A DNA stretch of 64,000 bases from Candidatus Pantoea superficialis (lineage in GTDB: Bacteria > Pseudomonadota > Gammaproteobacteria > Enterobacterales > Enterobacteriaceae), in assembly GCA_002299595.1 (NCBI GenBank), contig DBOK01000188.1:3533-67532 (forward strand), written 5' to 3'. Both the position numbers and the translations under genes were made by a program. Shown here piece after piece: positions 44,307 through 56,800 of the stretch. Positions within the stretch are counted from its first letter, which is position 1; each line of letters starts with the position of its first letter. The notes below the pieces were generated by a model. That model had not been told where the DNA came from and made no database searches. It saw only the letters and a program-made list of their open reading frames with translations.

Positions 44307-46247
44307 ATGGGCACAATCAGACTAACCACGGCGCAGGCGCTGGTGAAATTCCTTGATAATCAGTACCTGAACGTCGACGGCGTTGAGACGAAATTCGTTA
44401 AGGGAATTTTCGCCATCTTCGGTCACGGCAACGTTCTCGGCCTCGGCCAGGCGCTGGAACAGGACAGCGGCGATCTGGTGGTGCATCAGGGACGTAACGA
44501 ACAGGGCATGGCGCACGCGGCGATCGGCTTCGCCAAACAGTCGCTGCGCCGCCAGATTATCGCCTGCACCTCCTCGGTAGGACCGGGCGCGGCGAACATG
44601 ATCACCGCCGCCGCCACCGCCACCGCCAACCGCATTCCGCTGCTGCTGCTGCCGGGCGATGTGTTCGCCACCCGCCAGCCCGATCCGGTGCTGCAACAGA
44701 TCGAGCAGAGCCACGATCTCAGCCTCAGCACCAATGACGCCTTCCGGGCGGTCAGCAAATACTGGGATCGCATCAGCCGTCCTGAACAACTCATGACCGC
44801 CTGCATCAACGCCCTGCGCGTGCTGACCGATCCGGCGGAAACCGGCGCCGTCACGCTGGCGCTGCCGCAGGACGTGCAGGGGGAAGCCTGGGATTTCCCG
44901 GAATATTTCTTTCAAAAACGCGTTCACCGCCTCGATCGGCGGCTGCCGACGGTTCCCCAGCTTGAAGAGGCGCTTCAGCTCATCGCCACCAAGCGCAAAC
45001 CGCTTATTGTTTGCGGCGGCGGGGTAAAATATTCCGAAGCGGGCGCCGCGCTGCTGCAATTCGCCGAACGCTATGGCATCCCCTTCGCCGAAACCCAGGC
45101 GGGCAAAGGCACCCTGCTTTCCGATCATCCGCTGAACGTCGGCGGCGTCGGCGAGACCGGCTGCCTGGCGGCCAACCTGCTGGCGAAAGAGGCCGACCTG
45201 GTGATCGGCGTCGGCACCCGCTACACCGATTTCACCACCGCCTCGAAGTGGATTTTCCAGCACCCCGAGGTTAGCTACCTTAATATCAACGTCAGCAACT
45301 TCGACAGCTACAAGCTGGACGGCGTACAGCTGCTGGCCGATGCGCGCGAAGGATTGACGGCGCTGGACGGCCGCCTGGCGGCTCAGGGTTACGCCAGCGG
45401 CTGGGGCAGCCAGATCGAGCAAGCGCAAAGCAAACTGCTGAAAGAGACGCAGCGCGTTTATCAGGCGGCCTATACCGGCGACGGCTTTATTCCGGAGATC
45501 GACGATCATCTCGACCGCGAGGCGGTTTTCGCGGAATTTAATCGCCTGACCCAATCCTTTCTGACGCAAAGCAGCGTGCTGGGCGTGCTAAACGAGCAGC
45601 TCCCAAAGGATGCGGTCATCGTGGCGGCGGCGGGCAGTCTGCCGGGCGATCTGCAGCGCGCCTGGCGCACCAAAGATTACAACGGCTATCACATTGAGTA
45701 CGGCTACTCCTGCATGGGCTACGAGGTAAACGCGGCGCTGGGCGTCAAGCTGGCGCAGCCGCAGCGGGAAGTCTACGCGCTGCTGGGCGACGGCTCCTTT
45801 ATGATGCTGCACTCCGAGCTGGTCACTTCGATTCAGGAAGGCGCCAAAATCAACGTGGTGCTGTTCGACAACATGACCAACGGCTGTATCAATAACCTGC
45901 AAATGGAACACGGCATGGAGAGCTTCACCACCGAGTTCCGCTTCCGCAATCCGCAAGGGGGCAAGCTGGACGGCGGCTTCGTGCCGGTCGATTTTGCCGC
46001 CATCGCCGCCGGTTACGGCTGTAAAACTTACCGCGTTACCACGCTGGATCAGCTGCAGGCCGCGCTGGAAGATGCGCGCAGCCAGACGGTTTCCACGCTG
46101 ATCGACATCAAAGAGCTGCCTAAAACCATGATCCACAAATATTTTAGCTGGTGGCATGTCGGCGCGGCGCAAACCTCCCGTTCCGACCGCATTCAGGCGG
46201 TGGCGGAAAAGCTCAACGCTCAACTCGATCAGGCGCGCAAATATTAA
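44307..46247 (+). CDS. iolD: THcHDO acylhydrolase (ThDP-dependent)
   Basis: [30 protein letters not shown]...N ThDP motif. Confidence 0.95.
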   Translation: MGTIRLTTAQALVKFLDNQYLNVDGVETKFVKGIFAIFGHGNVLGLGQALEQDSGDLVVHQGRNEQGMAHAAIGFAKQSLRRQIIACTSSVGPGAANMITAAATATANRIPLLLLPGDVFATRQPDPVLQQIEQSHDLSLSTNDAFRAVSKYWDRISRPEQLMTACINALRVLTDPAETGAVTLALPQDVQGEAWDFPEYFFQKRVHRLDRRLPTVPQLEEALQLIATKRKPLIVCGGGVKYSEAGAALLQFAERYGIPFAETQAGKGTLLSDHPLNVGGVGETGCLAANLLAKEADLVIGVGTRYTDFTTASKWIFQHPEVSYLNINVSNFDSYKLDGVQLLADAREGLTALDGRLAAQGYASGWGSQIEQAQSKLLKETQRVYQAAYTGDGFIPEIDDHLDREAVFAEFNRLTQSFLTQSSVLGVLNEQLPKDAVIVAAAGSLPGDLQRAWRTKDYNGYHIEYGYSCMGYEVNAALGVKLAQPQREVYALLGDGSFMMLHSELVTSIQEGAKINVVLFDNMTNGCINNLQMEHGMESFTTEFRFRNPQGGKLDGGFVPVDFAAIAAGYGCKTYRVTTLDQLQAALEDARSQTVSTLIDIKELPKTMIHKYFSWWHVGAAQTSRSDRIQAVAEKLNAQLDQARKY

Positions 46248-46309
46248 CAAACTCAGGGCCGGAACCCCCGGCCCGACGATCTCCTTACCCGAACCCTACA
46301 GGTGTAACT

Positions 46310-47323
46310 ATGACTCTGAAACTCGGCGTTATCGGTACCGGCGCAATTGGTCAGGAACATATCCGCCGCTGCAGCAAAGTGCTGCAGGGCGCGAAAGTGG
46401 TGGCGGTTTCCGACATCAATGTGGAAGGCGCGCGGGCGGCGCTGCAGCGGCTGAACATTGAGGCGGAGGTCTATCAGGACGGCCACCAGGTGGTGAACTC
46501 CCCTGACGTGGACGCCGTGCTGGTGACCTCCTGGGATCCCACCCACGAAGAATTTACCCTGGCGGCCATCGCGGCCGGCAAGCCGGTGTTCTGCGAAAAG
46601 CCGCTGGCGCTGAGCGCGGAAGGCTGCCGCCGCATCGTCGATGCCGAAATGCAGCATGGCAAACGTCTGGTGCAGGTCGGCTTTATGCGTCCTTACGACG
46701 CCGGTTATCGCGCGTTGAGAAAGGTGATTGACGACGGCGAAATCGGCGAGCCGCTGATGCTGCACTGCGCGCATCGCAACCCGACGGTAGGCGAAAACTA
46801 CACCACCGACATGGCGATCACCAACACACTGATCCATGAGCTGGACGTGCTGCGCTGGCTGACGCGCGACGATTATAAAACAGTGCAGGTGGTGTTCCCG
46901 CGCGTCACCTCCAAATCCCATGCGCAGCTGAAAGATCCGCAAATCGTGCTGTTTGAGACGCAAAAGGGGATCCGCATCGACGTGGAGATCTTCGTTAACT
47001 GCGCCTACGGCTATGACATCCAATGCCAGGTAGTGGGCGAAACCGGCATCGCCAGCTTGCCGGAGCCGGCCTCGGTGCAGATGCGCAAAGAGGCGAAGCT
47101 CGCCACTCAAATTCTTACCGACTGGAAAGATCGCTTTATCGACGCCTACGACGTTGAGCTGCAAGCCTTTATCAACGACGTAAAAACGGGCCAGCTGAGC
47201 GGTCCGTCGGCGTGGGACGGTTTTGCCGCCTCGGTCGCCGCCGACGCTTGCCTGAAGGCGCAAAAAAGCGGCGCTATTGAACCGGTCGCTATGCCGCCGC
47301 GCCCCGCGTTTTACGACCAATAA
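46310..47323 (+). CDS. iolG: myo-inositol 2-dehydrogenase
   Basis: [25 protein letters not shown]. Confidence 0.93.
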   Translation: MTLKLGVIGTGAIGQEHIRRCSKVLQGAKVVAVSDINVEGARAALQRLNIEAEVYQDGHQVVNSPDVDAVLVTSWDPTHEEFTLAAIAAGKPVFCEKPLALSAEGCRRIVDAEMQHGKRLVQVGFMRPYDAGYRALRKVIDDGEIGEPLMLHCAHRNPTVGENYTTDMAITNTLIHELDVLRWLTRDDYKTVQVVFPRVTSKSHAQLKDPQIVLFETQKGIRIDVEIFVNCAYGYDIQCQVVGETGIASLPEPASVQMRKEAKLATQILTDWKDRFIDAYDVELQAFINDVKTGQLSGPSAWDGFAASVAADACLKAQKSGAIEPVAMPPRPAFYDQ

Positions 47324-47389
47324 GCCGCTGGCCGTCCTGAACAGCTCAGGACGGCTGACCCAACGCACAGGAATAGCAGGGAGACAGAG

Positions 47390-48304
47390 ATGAAAATCGC
47401 CTTCGATGTGGACGTGATTAAAGAGATGGGCATCACCCGGATGGTGCATCAGGTGGCGGAATGGGGCTACAAATATATCGAGCAGTCGCCGCATCCGCAG
47501 ATCAACCCGTTTTACAAACATCCCAAAGCTAGCCGCGAAATTGTCACCGAATACAAGAACGCGCTGCGCGCCACCGGACTGGAAATTTCCTCTTTTATCG
47601 TGGTCTATCGCTGGTCCGGCCCGGATGAGATGCGCCGCCAGGCGGCGGTAAAAAACTGGAAGCGCATGATCGAAATTGCGGTAGAGATGGGCGTCCAGGT
47701 GATCAACACCGAACTCTCCGGCACGCCGAACGAGCCGGAAATCTGCGAAGAGATGTTTTACCGCTCGATGGAGGAGCTGCTGCCGATTGTCGAGCGCGAA
47801 GGCATCCGCATTGAGATCCAGTCGCACCCGTGGGATTTCTGCGAAGAGAATAACGAAACCGCCGATCTGGTGAAGTCGTTTCGCAGCGAGAACGTGAAAT
47901 ACCTCTACAGCGTGCCGCATACCTTCTTTTACGACAAAGGCAAAGGCGACGTGAAAAGCATGTTGGAGTATGCCGGCGGCGATCTCTCCCACGTGCTGAT
48001 CGCCGATACCATGAACCACACCCGCAATTGCCGCTACATCGTTAACCCGCCGGGCGTGGACGCCACTATCCATCAGCACGTCGGGGTAGGCGAAGGAGAA
48101 GTCGATTTCGACGCGCTGTTCAAAACCCTGCGCGAGATGGATTTCGCTAACCGCAGCTTTAAGGTGGGCGGCGAGTCGATCATCGCCTCCTCACTGTTCG
48201 GCTACCCGGAAAAAATGAAATACCAGGCCGTGGAAACGCGCGAACTTATCGAACGCGAATTACTGGGCAACGCCTCTTCGTCCTCTGTTGGGAAAACACA
48301 ATGA
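47390..48304 (+). CDS. iolH: IolH-like sugar phosphate isomerase/epimerase (TIM barrel)
   Basis: [27 protein letters not shown]; iol context. Confidence 0.75.
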   Translation: MKIAFDVDVIKEMGITRMVHQVAEWGYKYIEQSPHPQINPFYKHPKASREIVTEYKNALRATGLEISSFIVVYRWSGPDEMRRQAAVKNWKRMIEIAVEMGVQVINTELSGTPNEPEICEEMFYRSMEELLPIVEREGIRIEIQSHPWDFCEENNETADLVKSFRSENVKYLYSVPHTFFYDKGKGDVKSMLEYAGGDLSHVLIADTMNHTRNCRYIVNPPGVDATIHQHVGVGEGEVDFDALFKTLREMDFANRSFKVGGESIIASSLFGYPEKMKYQAVETRELIERELLGNASSSSVGKTQ

Positions 48305-49197
48305 ACAAGCAAAATGTGAAGCTGGCGATCGCGCCGATCGGCTGGACCAACGACGACATGCCCGAACTGGGCAGCGAAAACACCTTCCAGCAGACGGTCA
48401 GCGAAATGGCGCTGGCGGGCTTTACCGGCAGCGAAGTCGGCAGCAAATACCCGCGCGATCCCGCCGTGCTGAAGCCGATGCTGGAGATTCGCGGCCTTGA
48501 GATCTGCAACGCCTGGTTCAGCACCTTTTTCGCCAACGGCGACAAGGCGAAAACCATCGACGAGTTCGTTAACCATATGAATTTCCTGCATGCGATGGGC
48601 GCGCGCGTGATCGGCTGCTCCGAACAGAGCAAAAGCATTCAGGGCACCCCGCTGCCGGTGCTGGAGCAGAAGCCCATTTTCACTGACGAAGAGTGGCGGC
48701 TGACCGCCGAGGGCTATAACGAGCTGGCGCGCATCGCAGAAGAAAAAGGGATGCGCGTCTGCCTGCATCACCATATGGGCACGGCGATCCAGACCAGCGA
48801 AGAGATCGACCGCTTTATGGCGCTGACCGACGAGCGCGTCGGCCTTCTCTACGATACCGGCCACGTCTACTACTCGGAAGGCTCGCAGGAGAAGATGCTG
48901 GCGGTGCTGGAAAAATACCTGCCGCGCATTCCCCATGTGCATCTGAAGGATGTGCGCGACGAGGTGGTGGCGGAAGTCAGGGCGCAGAAGCTCTCATTCC
49001 TGGACGGCGTAAAAAAAGGCACCTTTACCGTGCCGGGCGACGGCGCGATCGACTTCAGGCCGGTGTTTAAAATCCTCGACGATTACGGCTATCAGGGCTG
49101 GATGGTGGTGGAAGCGGAACAGGATCCGGCGCTGGCGAACCCCTTTGAATACGCGGTGAAGGCGCGACGCTATATTCGCGATAACGCCGGGCTGTAG
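48301..49197 (+). CDS. iolE: myo-inosose-2 dehydratase
   Basis: [37 protein letters not shown]. Confidence 0.95.
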   Translation: MNKQNVKLAIAPIGWTNDDMPELGSENTFQQTVSEMALAGFTGSEVGSKYPRDPAVLKPMLEIRGLEICNAWFSTFFANGDKAKTIDEFVNHMNFLHAMGARVIGCSEQSKSIQGTPLPVLEQKPIFTDEEWRLTAEGYNELARIAEEKGMRVCLHHHMGTAIQTSEEIDRFMALTDERVGLLYDTGHVYYSEGSQEKMLAVLEKYLPRIPHVHLKDVRDEVVAEVRAQKLSFLDGVKKGTFTVPGDGAIDFRPVFKILDDYGYQGWMVVEAEQDPALANPFEYAVKARRYIRDNAGL

Positions 49198-49223
49198 CGA
49201 AGCGAACGCAGCAAACTTCCAGC

Positions 49224-49249
49224 AAGGCCCGGATCGATCCGGGCCTTTT
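49224..49249 (+). terminator. intrinsic terminator after iolE
   Basis: AAGGCCCGGATC/GATCCGGGCCTT palindrome followed by T residues. Confidence 0.7.
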
Positions 49250-49256
49250 CCATTCA

Positions 49257-49278
49257 TTCTGTGAGGCGTTTCATAAAC
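49257..49278. promoter_or_regulatory. CRP-binding site upstream of iolR
   Basis: TGTGA-ggcgtt-TCATA at 49260-49275. Confidence 0.55.
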
Positions 49279-49383
49279 CAATGAAATAAAGCTCACGAAA
49301 CAAACAAACGAATGAAATTTTCCATCCATCTGGTAATATAGCGTTCATTATCCAGCCAGATTCTTATTTAACGGGCCGCCGTA

Positions 49384-50232
49384 ATGAACAACAACCCAAC
49401 TCAACTCTCTCTGTTGCAGGACGACATTCGTCGTCGCTATGAAACCCTGAGTAAACGACTCAAGCAGGTGGCTCGTTATATCCTTGATAACAGTAACAGC
49501 ATCGCCTTTGATACCGTCGCATCCATCGCTCAGCAGGCCGACGTTCCGCCTTCGACGCTGATCCGCTTCGCCAACGCCTTCGGCTTCAGCGGCTTCAACG
49601 AAATGAAACAGGTTTTCCGTCAGCACCTGATGGAGGAGACGGTTAACTATACCGAGCGCGCGCGCCTGTTCCGGCAAACCGCGACCGACAACAGTACCAG
49701 CTCGCCCGAGAGTCCGGCGGAAATCCTCAACGTGTTCACCATGGTAAATAGCCAGGCGCTGCAACAGCTGGCGATGCAGGTCAACCCGGATCAGCTCAAC
49801 AAGGCGGTGAAACTGCTCGGCGAGGCGGAGAACATCTACGTTATCGGCCTGCGCCGTTCGTTCAGCGTCGCCTCTTATCTGGTATACGCCCTGCGCCACC
49901 TTGAACGTCGCGCCTTTCTTATCGACGGCCTGGGCGGCATGTTTACCGAACAGCTCAGCATGGTAAACCCTAAAGACGTGGTAATCGCCATCAGCTACTC
50001 GCCCTACGCGCGTGAGGCGGTGGAACTGGTTGAACTGGGCGCGAAACGCGGCGCGCATCAAATCGCCATCACCGACAGCCAGGTCAGCCCGCTGGCGGCC
50101 TTCAGCGATGTCTGCTTCGTGGTGCGCGAGGCGCAGGTCGACGGTTTCCGCTCGCAGGTCGCCTCGCTCTGCCTGGCGCAGACGCTGGCGGTATCGCTGG
50201 CGCTGAACAACGTCGAACAACCGCAAACCTGA
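49384..50232 (+). CDS. iolR: RpiR-family repressor of the iol cluster
   Basis: VPPSTLIRFANAFGFSGF HTH and SIS domain (GLRRS, ITD); iol context. Confidence 0.88.
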   Translation: MNNNPTQLSLLQDDIRRRYETLSKRLKQVARYILDNSNSIAFDTVASIAQQADVPPSTLIRFANAFGFSGFNEMKQVFRQHLMEETVNYTERARLFRQTATDNSTSSPESPAEILNVFTMVNSQALQQLAMQVNPDQLNKAVKLLGEAENIYVIGLRRSFSVASYLVYALRHLERRAFLIDGLGGMFTEQLSMVNPKDVVIAISYSPYAREAVELVELGAKRGAHQIAITDSQVSPLAAFSDVCFVVREAQVDGFRSQVASLCLAQTLAVSLALNNVEQPQT

Positions 50233-50254
50233 TTTCCGCCCGCTCGCAGACAAC

Positions 50255-50283
50255 AAAAAGGCAGCCCCCGGGCTGCCTTTGTT
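50255..50283. terminator. terminator hairpin between iolR and iolB
   Basis: AAAGGCAGCCC-cc-GGGCTGCCTTT flanked by A and T tracts. Confidence 0.75.
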
Positions 50284-50302
50284 CATACACGACGAAGAAG
50301 CA

Positions 50303-50386
50303 AAAAAACTAAAAAAACGAGCACGGTTTGCCGTTTCTCACAAACACTAAAAACTACAAAACCAGCACGGTTTGCCTTTTCTCACA
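50303..50386. repeat. two-copy direct repeat, 44-bp period
   Basis: AGCACGGTTTGCCgTTTCTCACA (50320-50342) and AGCACGGTTTGCCtTTTCTCACA (50364-50386), each preceded by an AAAAACTA-rich stretch. Confidence 0.85.
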
Positions 50387-50405
50387 GACGGCTAAGAAGT
50401 CTGAG

Positions 50406-50516
50406 GCGCGGGTAACCCCGTCAGAGGAGTAAAGCGTCCCGCGCCAGGGATGGCGCGGGCCGAGCAGTCAGGGATGACGTCTTTGCGACTTTACGATCTG
50501 ACGGGGTTACCCGCGC
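50406..50516. mobile_element. YPAL/RU-2-like palindromic element (non-autonomous, MITE-like)
   Basis: Perfect 20-bp inverted repeat (50406-50425 / 50497-50516) enclosing two hairpins with AGGGA loops; family assignment from recalled similarity. Confidence 0.7.
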
Positions 50517-50568
50517 AGGCGCTGGACATCCAGCGCCCGACATCCAGCCCCCGACTCACTTCCCCCCG

Positions 50569-51393
50569 CTAACGAGACTTCTCCTGCGGATAACTCTCGC
50601 TATTCACCCAGGCGTGATCCTTCTCCCAGGTAAACTTCCACAGACGCACCGGCCCCGCCATCACGTTAAGATAATAATTATCATAACCGGCGATAGTCGC
50701 CACCGGATGATAGCCGCGCGGCACGGTCACTACATCGCAATTATAAGGCGCCATACACACATCGAGCGAACGATCGTCCGTATAAACGCGCTGCATGGCG
50801 AACCCCTGCTCTGGACTAAAACGGTGATAATAAGTCTCCTCCAGATAAGTCTCGTTCTCCACGTTCTCCTGATCGTGCTTATGGCTGGGGTAAGAGCTGG
50901 TATCGCCCTCATTGGTATACACCTCCACCACCAACAAACTGCCCGCTGGCTTATCATCCGGCAAAATATTATGCACCAGCCGCTTATTGCGCCCCTTTCC
51001 GCGCTGCTCCACGCCGACATCCTCCGGCGCGATCAAACGCGCCGGCAAATCGCCCTGACCGGGCGCGCTGCACACCGCCAACTCTAAATCGCTCTCGGCG
51101 AACACCTCTACTCTATCGCCGTGCGGCACATAAACCGACCAGGGCGGCGTACGCTCAAAAGGCGACATCCGCTTGCCGATATGGGGAAACTCCGCCTGCG
51201 AGGTATTTACCGACGCCAGCCCGGCGACCAACACCAGACACAACTCCCTGTCGCTGCTCTCCAGACTCAAACTCTGCCCCTTCTTCAACAAATAAGCGTC
51301 AAACCCGACGTAACGCCAGCCGGCGCTCTCCGGCGTAACGTGCTGAATACGACCGTTGCTGTCCGGCTGCTGCGCTTTAGCCAGTAAAGTCAT
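50569..51393 (-). CDS. iolB: 5-deoxy-glucuronate isomerase
   Basis: SSYPSHKHD, LEETYYHR, PRGYHPV, YLNVMAGP. Confidence 0.94.
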   Translation of the reverse strand: MTLLAKAQQPDSNGRIQHVTPESAGWRYVGFDAYLLKKGQSLSLESSDRELCLVLVAGLASVNTSQAEFPHIGKRMSPFERTPPWSVYVPHGDRVEVFAESDLELAVCSAPGQGDLPARLIAPEDVGVEQRGKGRNKRLVHNILPDDKPAGSLLVVEVYTNEGDTSSYPSHKHDQENVENETYLEETYYHRFSPEQGFAMQRVYTDDRSLDVCMAPYNCDVVTVPRGYHPVATIAGYDNYYLNVMAGPVRLWKFTWEKDHAWVNSESYPQEKSR

Positions 51394-51416
51394 CCTCATC
51401 CTCCTCCGTTCGCGAA

Positions 51417-52922
<1,506 letters not shown>

Positions 52923-53344
52923 GCTATTGCCTCTTTGAATGTGTAAGTTCCCCGCAGGCAGTCGATAACCTTAAGCGCCGCCTGTCCAGACAAAACCAAA
53001 AGCGTGCTTTGAAGCTATTACAGTGGAATAAATTTTTCAAATAATTATTTTTGAAAGATTCTTTTTTAGCGGCATGGATCGCATTTTTCTCCCCGGCCCG
53101 GCGGTCGGCTTATCTCACGCATAAAAAGGACCCGAGCCCCGCTGCGCCACAGGTCGGGCGCTGCTGCTCCGGTCAGGAGCAAAGCGGAAAAACAGCAACA
53201 GGCGCTGACGCTAAGCCGGATCCCCGCCGGGCGAAATGGAATTTTTGCGAGTCATCTCCAATAATTTACATTTCATAATTCACTATTAATGAAATAAATG
53301 TTCTTTTATGGCCATCCCCTTTTCTTTATTGCAGGAGCAGCAGC

Positions 53345-54160
53345 ATGGCCATCGATCCCACCCGTTTCTGTATCAACCGTAAAATTGCCCCGGCGCTCTC
53401 CCTGGATACGTTTTTCCAGCTGATGCAGCGGCTTGGCCTGAATAAAGTCGAACTGCGCAACGATATGCCAGGCGGCAAGGTCACAGATCACCTCAGCGCG
53501 GCCCAGCTGGTGGCGCTGAAAGAGAAGTATGAAATCGAGATCGTCACCATCAATGCGCTCTATCCCTTTAACCGGCCGGACGAGGCGCTGCTGGCGAAAG
53601 CGGAAGCGCTGTTGCAGGAGGCGCAGCGCATCGGCGCCCGCGCACTGGTGATGTGCCCATTGAATGAAGGGATCGCGGTTTCCGCCGACGATACGCTGGC
53701 GGCGATGCGCGTCCTGGCGCCGCTGTTTGCACGTTACGACATTCAGGGGCTGGTGGAGCCGCTGGGCTTTCCGATCAGCTCGCTGCGTTCGGCGGTGCAG
53801 ACGCAAACCCTGATTCAGGATGCGCAGGCGCCGTTCAAGCTGGTGCTCGATACCTTCCATCATCATCTGTATGAAAATGCCGAGCAGGAGTTTCCGGCGG
53901 GCATCGACGTCAATCAGATCGGCCTGGTGCATCTCTCCGGGGTCGAGGATCTGCGCCCGACGGCGGAGCTGAGCGATGAAGAGCGCATTATGCTCAGCGA
54001 CAAAGATGTTCTGAACAGCGCGGCGCAGGTGAAACGGCTTGAGCAGATGGGCTACAAAGGCGTTTACGCCTTCGAACCTTTTTCGACGCAGCTGGCGAAC
54101 TGGACGGCGGCGGACATCGAGCGCGAGATTCGTCACAGCATCGCGCTGTTGCAGGATTGA
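53345..54160 (+). CDS. xylose-isomerase-like TIM barrel protein, IolI-like inosose isomerase
   Basis: VEPLGF, LDTFHH, VHLSG, FEPF metal ligands; at the edge of the iol cluster. Confidence 0.7.
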   Translation: MAIDPTRFCINRKIAPALSLDTFFQLMQRLGLNKVELRNDMPGGKVTDHLSAAQLVALKEKYEIEIVTINALYPFNRPDEALLAKAEALLQEAQRIGARALVMCPLNEGIAVSADDTLAAMRVLAPLFARYDIQGLVEPLGFPISSLRSAVQTQTLIQDAQAPFKLVLDTFHHHLYENAEQEFPAGIDVNQIGLVHLSGVEDLRPTAELSDEERIMLSDKDVLNSAAQVKRLEQMGYKGVYAFEPFSTQLANWTAADIEREIRHSIALLQD

Positions 54161-54239
54161 TTTTTGCGCAGGCGTTCAGCCTGCGCCCGGTTTATCTGTG
54201 TCCTTGCACGTTTTCGGGCCTCTTTCGCAGGCCCCTTTT

Positions 54240-55442
54240 TCACGCCTTGCCTTCACCGCTGCGCTGCTTCAGCCGCAGGGTGCAGGCCAGCGCCACCAAG
54301 ACCAGTAGCGCGGTCAGCAGATAAACCAGCGGAATGCCGGCGAAGCTCATGATAAAACCGGCGATCGGCCCGGTGATCCCCAGCGAGAGATCCATAAACG
54401 CCGTATAGGTCGCCAGCGCACTGCCCTGACTTTGCGACGGCACCTTTTTCACTGCCTCCACGCCAATCGCCGGGAAAACCAGCGAGAAGCCGGCGCCGGT
54501 CAGAAACGCCCCCGCTTTCGCCATCCAGGGATCGAAGGCGCCCCAAACCAGCAAAAGGCCGATCGCTTCCACCAGCAGGCAGATGCTGGCGACGTGCAGC
54601 CCGCCGCGGCGGTTGATGGCGTTGGGAAACAGCAGGCGCGTGCCGACAAAAGCGGCGCTGAACAGCGTCAGCGCAAAAGCCGCGCCGTCCCAGCCCTTGT
54701 CGCGATAAAACAGTGTAATGAAGGTGGCGATAACCCCGAAGCCTGCCGACCCCATCGCCAGGATCAATCCCAGCCCGTAAACCTTGCCGAGCACGGCGCG
54801 AAACGGCATCGGCTCCGTCTTGCCGGCTTTCACTTTCGCTCGCGGCCAGGCCAGGGCGATCGCCAGCAGACAAATCAGAATAATGACCGAGGCCAGCAGC
54901 AGCAGGCCGCCGCTGCGGAAAATCAGCACGCCCAGCGGCGCGCCGATTGCCATCGCGCCGTAGGTAACGATGCCGTTCCAGGAGATGACGCGGCCGATAT
55001 GCAGCGATCCGACGCGGCCGACGCCCCACAGCGTGGTGCCGGTGCCGGCGAAGCTCTGGCCCAGCCCCAATATCAGCCGCCCCAGACAGAGCAACGCCAG
55101 ACTGACAAAGGGCATGGCGAGGGTGAAGGCCGCCAATAGCGTACAGATCCCGCTCAGCAGGCAGCCGAACAGCCCGACGATCACCACTTTTTTCGCTCCC
55201 CAGAGATCGGCGTAGCGACCGGCATGAGGGCGGCTTAACAGGGTCGAAAGGTATTGCAGGCTGATCACCAGCCCAGCCCAAAAGGCGCTGTAGCCCAGCG
55301 TATCGTGGACGAAGCCCGGCAGAACCGCCAGCGGCAAGCCGATGGTGAGATAGCTGGCGAAGTTGAACATCACGATCGAGAGAATAAGCAGGTTTAAACG
55401 CAAACCGCGTTGAGCAGGTTCCGTTGCTGACTGGTCTGACAT
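54240..55442 (-). CDS. yhhS: MFS transporter
   Basis: FNFASYLTIGLPLAVLP, GRYADLWG, ISWNGIVTYGA. Confidence 0.9.
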   Translation of the reverse strand: MSDQSATEPAQRGLRLNLLILSIVMFNFASYLTIGLPLAVLPGFVHDTLGYSAFWAGLVISLQYLSTLLSRPHAGRYADLWGAKKVVIVGLFGCLLSGICTLLAAFTLAMPFVSLALLCLGRLILGLGQSFAGTGTTLWGVGRVGSLHIGRVISWNGIVTYGAMAIGAPLGVLIFRSGGLLLLASVIILICLLAIALAWPRAKVKAGKTEPMPFRAVLGKVYGLGLILAMGSAGFGVIATFITLFYRDKGWDGAAFALTLFSAAFVGTRLLFPNAINRRGGLHVASICLLVEAIGLLLVWGAFDPWMAKAGAFLTGAGFSLVFPAIGVEAVKKVPSQSQGSALATYTAFMDLSLGITGPIAGFIMSFAGIPLVYLLTALLVLVALACTLRLKQRSGEGKA

Positions 55443-55741
55443 GAAAGATCGCACTCGTGTTTGACTGAAATTTTCACAGGGATTTTACAATCTACACCCT
55501 TTTCCGGCGCTTGTGACAGCGAGGCGACTGATATCGCGCTTTTTTGCCTCGCCCTTTCCCTTGCCGGATTCTGTGGCGTTGGCGCAGGCGAGCCGCCAAA
55601 CCGTCCATTATTCATATCGGCCTTGCTGGCATTACAAAGACGGCGGATGCACTGAAATTATTCTGTTTTCATGCTGTAAATCAGGTAGTTAATTTACCTT
55701 CAGCTACACTTTCCTGTGCCGCTTCATGATCAGGAGAAGGT

Positions 55742-56788
55742 ATGAGCGAACCCCTGCAGCAAAAGATGGGTCAGAACATGTTGGTCAAAATGGCGATGCT
55801 GGTGATTATTCTGGCCGGCATCCGCGCCGCTTCCGACATTCTGGTGCCCTTTTTACTCGCCAGCTTCCTGGCAATTGTGCTTAACCCTCTGGTAACGATG
55901 CTGCGCCGACGCGGGTTGCGTCGCGGGCTGGCGATCGCGCTGGTGATCACGGTCATTATGATCGTCATTCTGATGCTGGTGGCGGTGCTGGCCAGTTCGG
56001 TCAGCGAATTTTCAGCCATCTATCCGCAGCTGCGTGCCATGCTGGAGCAGAAGCTGCAGGTGATCCAGCATCTGGCGGCGGGCTTTAACCTCAATATTTC
56101 AACCGATTCGCTGGCAGAGCATTTCGATCCGAACGTGGCGATGAATATGGCGACGCTGCTGCTGACGCAATTTTCCGGCGCCATGACCAACGTAATGCTG
56201 CTGGTCCTGACCGTGGTGTTCATGCTGTTCGAAGTGCATCATCTGCCCTATAAGCTGCGCAACGCCCTGATGAACCCGCAGATTCATATCGCCGGCCTGC
56301 ACCGCGCGCTGAAAGGCGTGACGCACTATCTGGCGCTGAAAACGTTGATCAGCCTGATTACCGGCGTCGCGGTCTGGCTGGCGCTGCTGCTGGTGGGGGT
56401 AAAGTTTGCGCTGTTTTGGGGCGTGGTGGCGTTCATCCTGAACTTTATCCCGAATATCGGGCCGATCATCGCCGGCATTCCGCCTTTCATTCAGGCGCTG
56501 GTGCTGAACAACGTTTACGACGCGCTGCTGGTGGCCGCGATCTTCAGCACCATCCATATGGTGTTCGGCAATATGCTGGAGCCCCGCTTAATGGGGCGCA
56601 GCCTCGGCCTGTCGACGCTGGTGGTGTTCCTGTCGTTGATTTTCTGGGGCTGGCTGCTCGGCCCGGTCGGCATGCTGCTTTCCGTGCCGCTCACCAGCGT
56701 CAGTAAGATCCTGATGGAGACCACGCCGGGCGGCAGTCGGCTGGCGATTCTGTTGGGCAATGGCCGACCGCGGCCGCATAAAATTTGA
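55742..56788 (+). CDS. yhhT: AI-2E family transporter
   Basis: NFIPNIG, LEPRLMG, GWLLGPVGMLLSVPLT. Confidence 0.88.
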   Translation: MSEPLQQKMGQNMLVKMAMLVIILAGIRAASDILVPFLLASFLAIVLNPLVTMLRRRGLRRGLAIALVITVIMIVILMLVAVLASSVSEFSAIYPQLRAMLEQKLQVIQHLAAGFNLNISTDSLAEHFDPNVAMNMATLLLTQFSGAMTNVMLLVLTVVFMLFEVHHLPYKLRNALMNPQIHIAGLHRALKGVTHYLALKTLISLITGVAVWLALLLVGVKFALFWGVVAFILNFIPNIGPIIAGIPPFIQALVLNNVYDALLVAAIFSTIHMVFGNMLEPRLMGRSLGLSTLVVFLSLIFWGWLLGPVGMLLSVPLTSVSKILMETTPGGSRLAILLGNGRPRPHKI

Positions 56789-56800
56789 CCGTTCCGGGCG

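Noticed and set aside
46095..46130. Iol[10 protein letters not shown], where I recall IDIKVLPKT in homologues, as an inactivating mutation
   Set aside because: A single substitution judged from memory; it cannot be assessed without an alignment or structure.
46253..48079. 608-aa minus-strand ORF, and similar long antisense ORFs over glgB, glgX, ugpAB, ftsY, iolC and iolA
   Set aside because: They shadow well-identified genes, have no recognisable motifs or RBS, and are expected from codon bias in GC-rich DNA.
50303..50386. Possible mini-CRISPR array
   Set aside because: Only two copies, the intervening ~21 bp is A-rich and similar to the sequence before the first copy, and there are no cas genes in the window.
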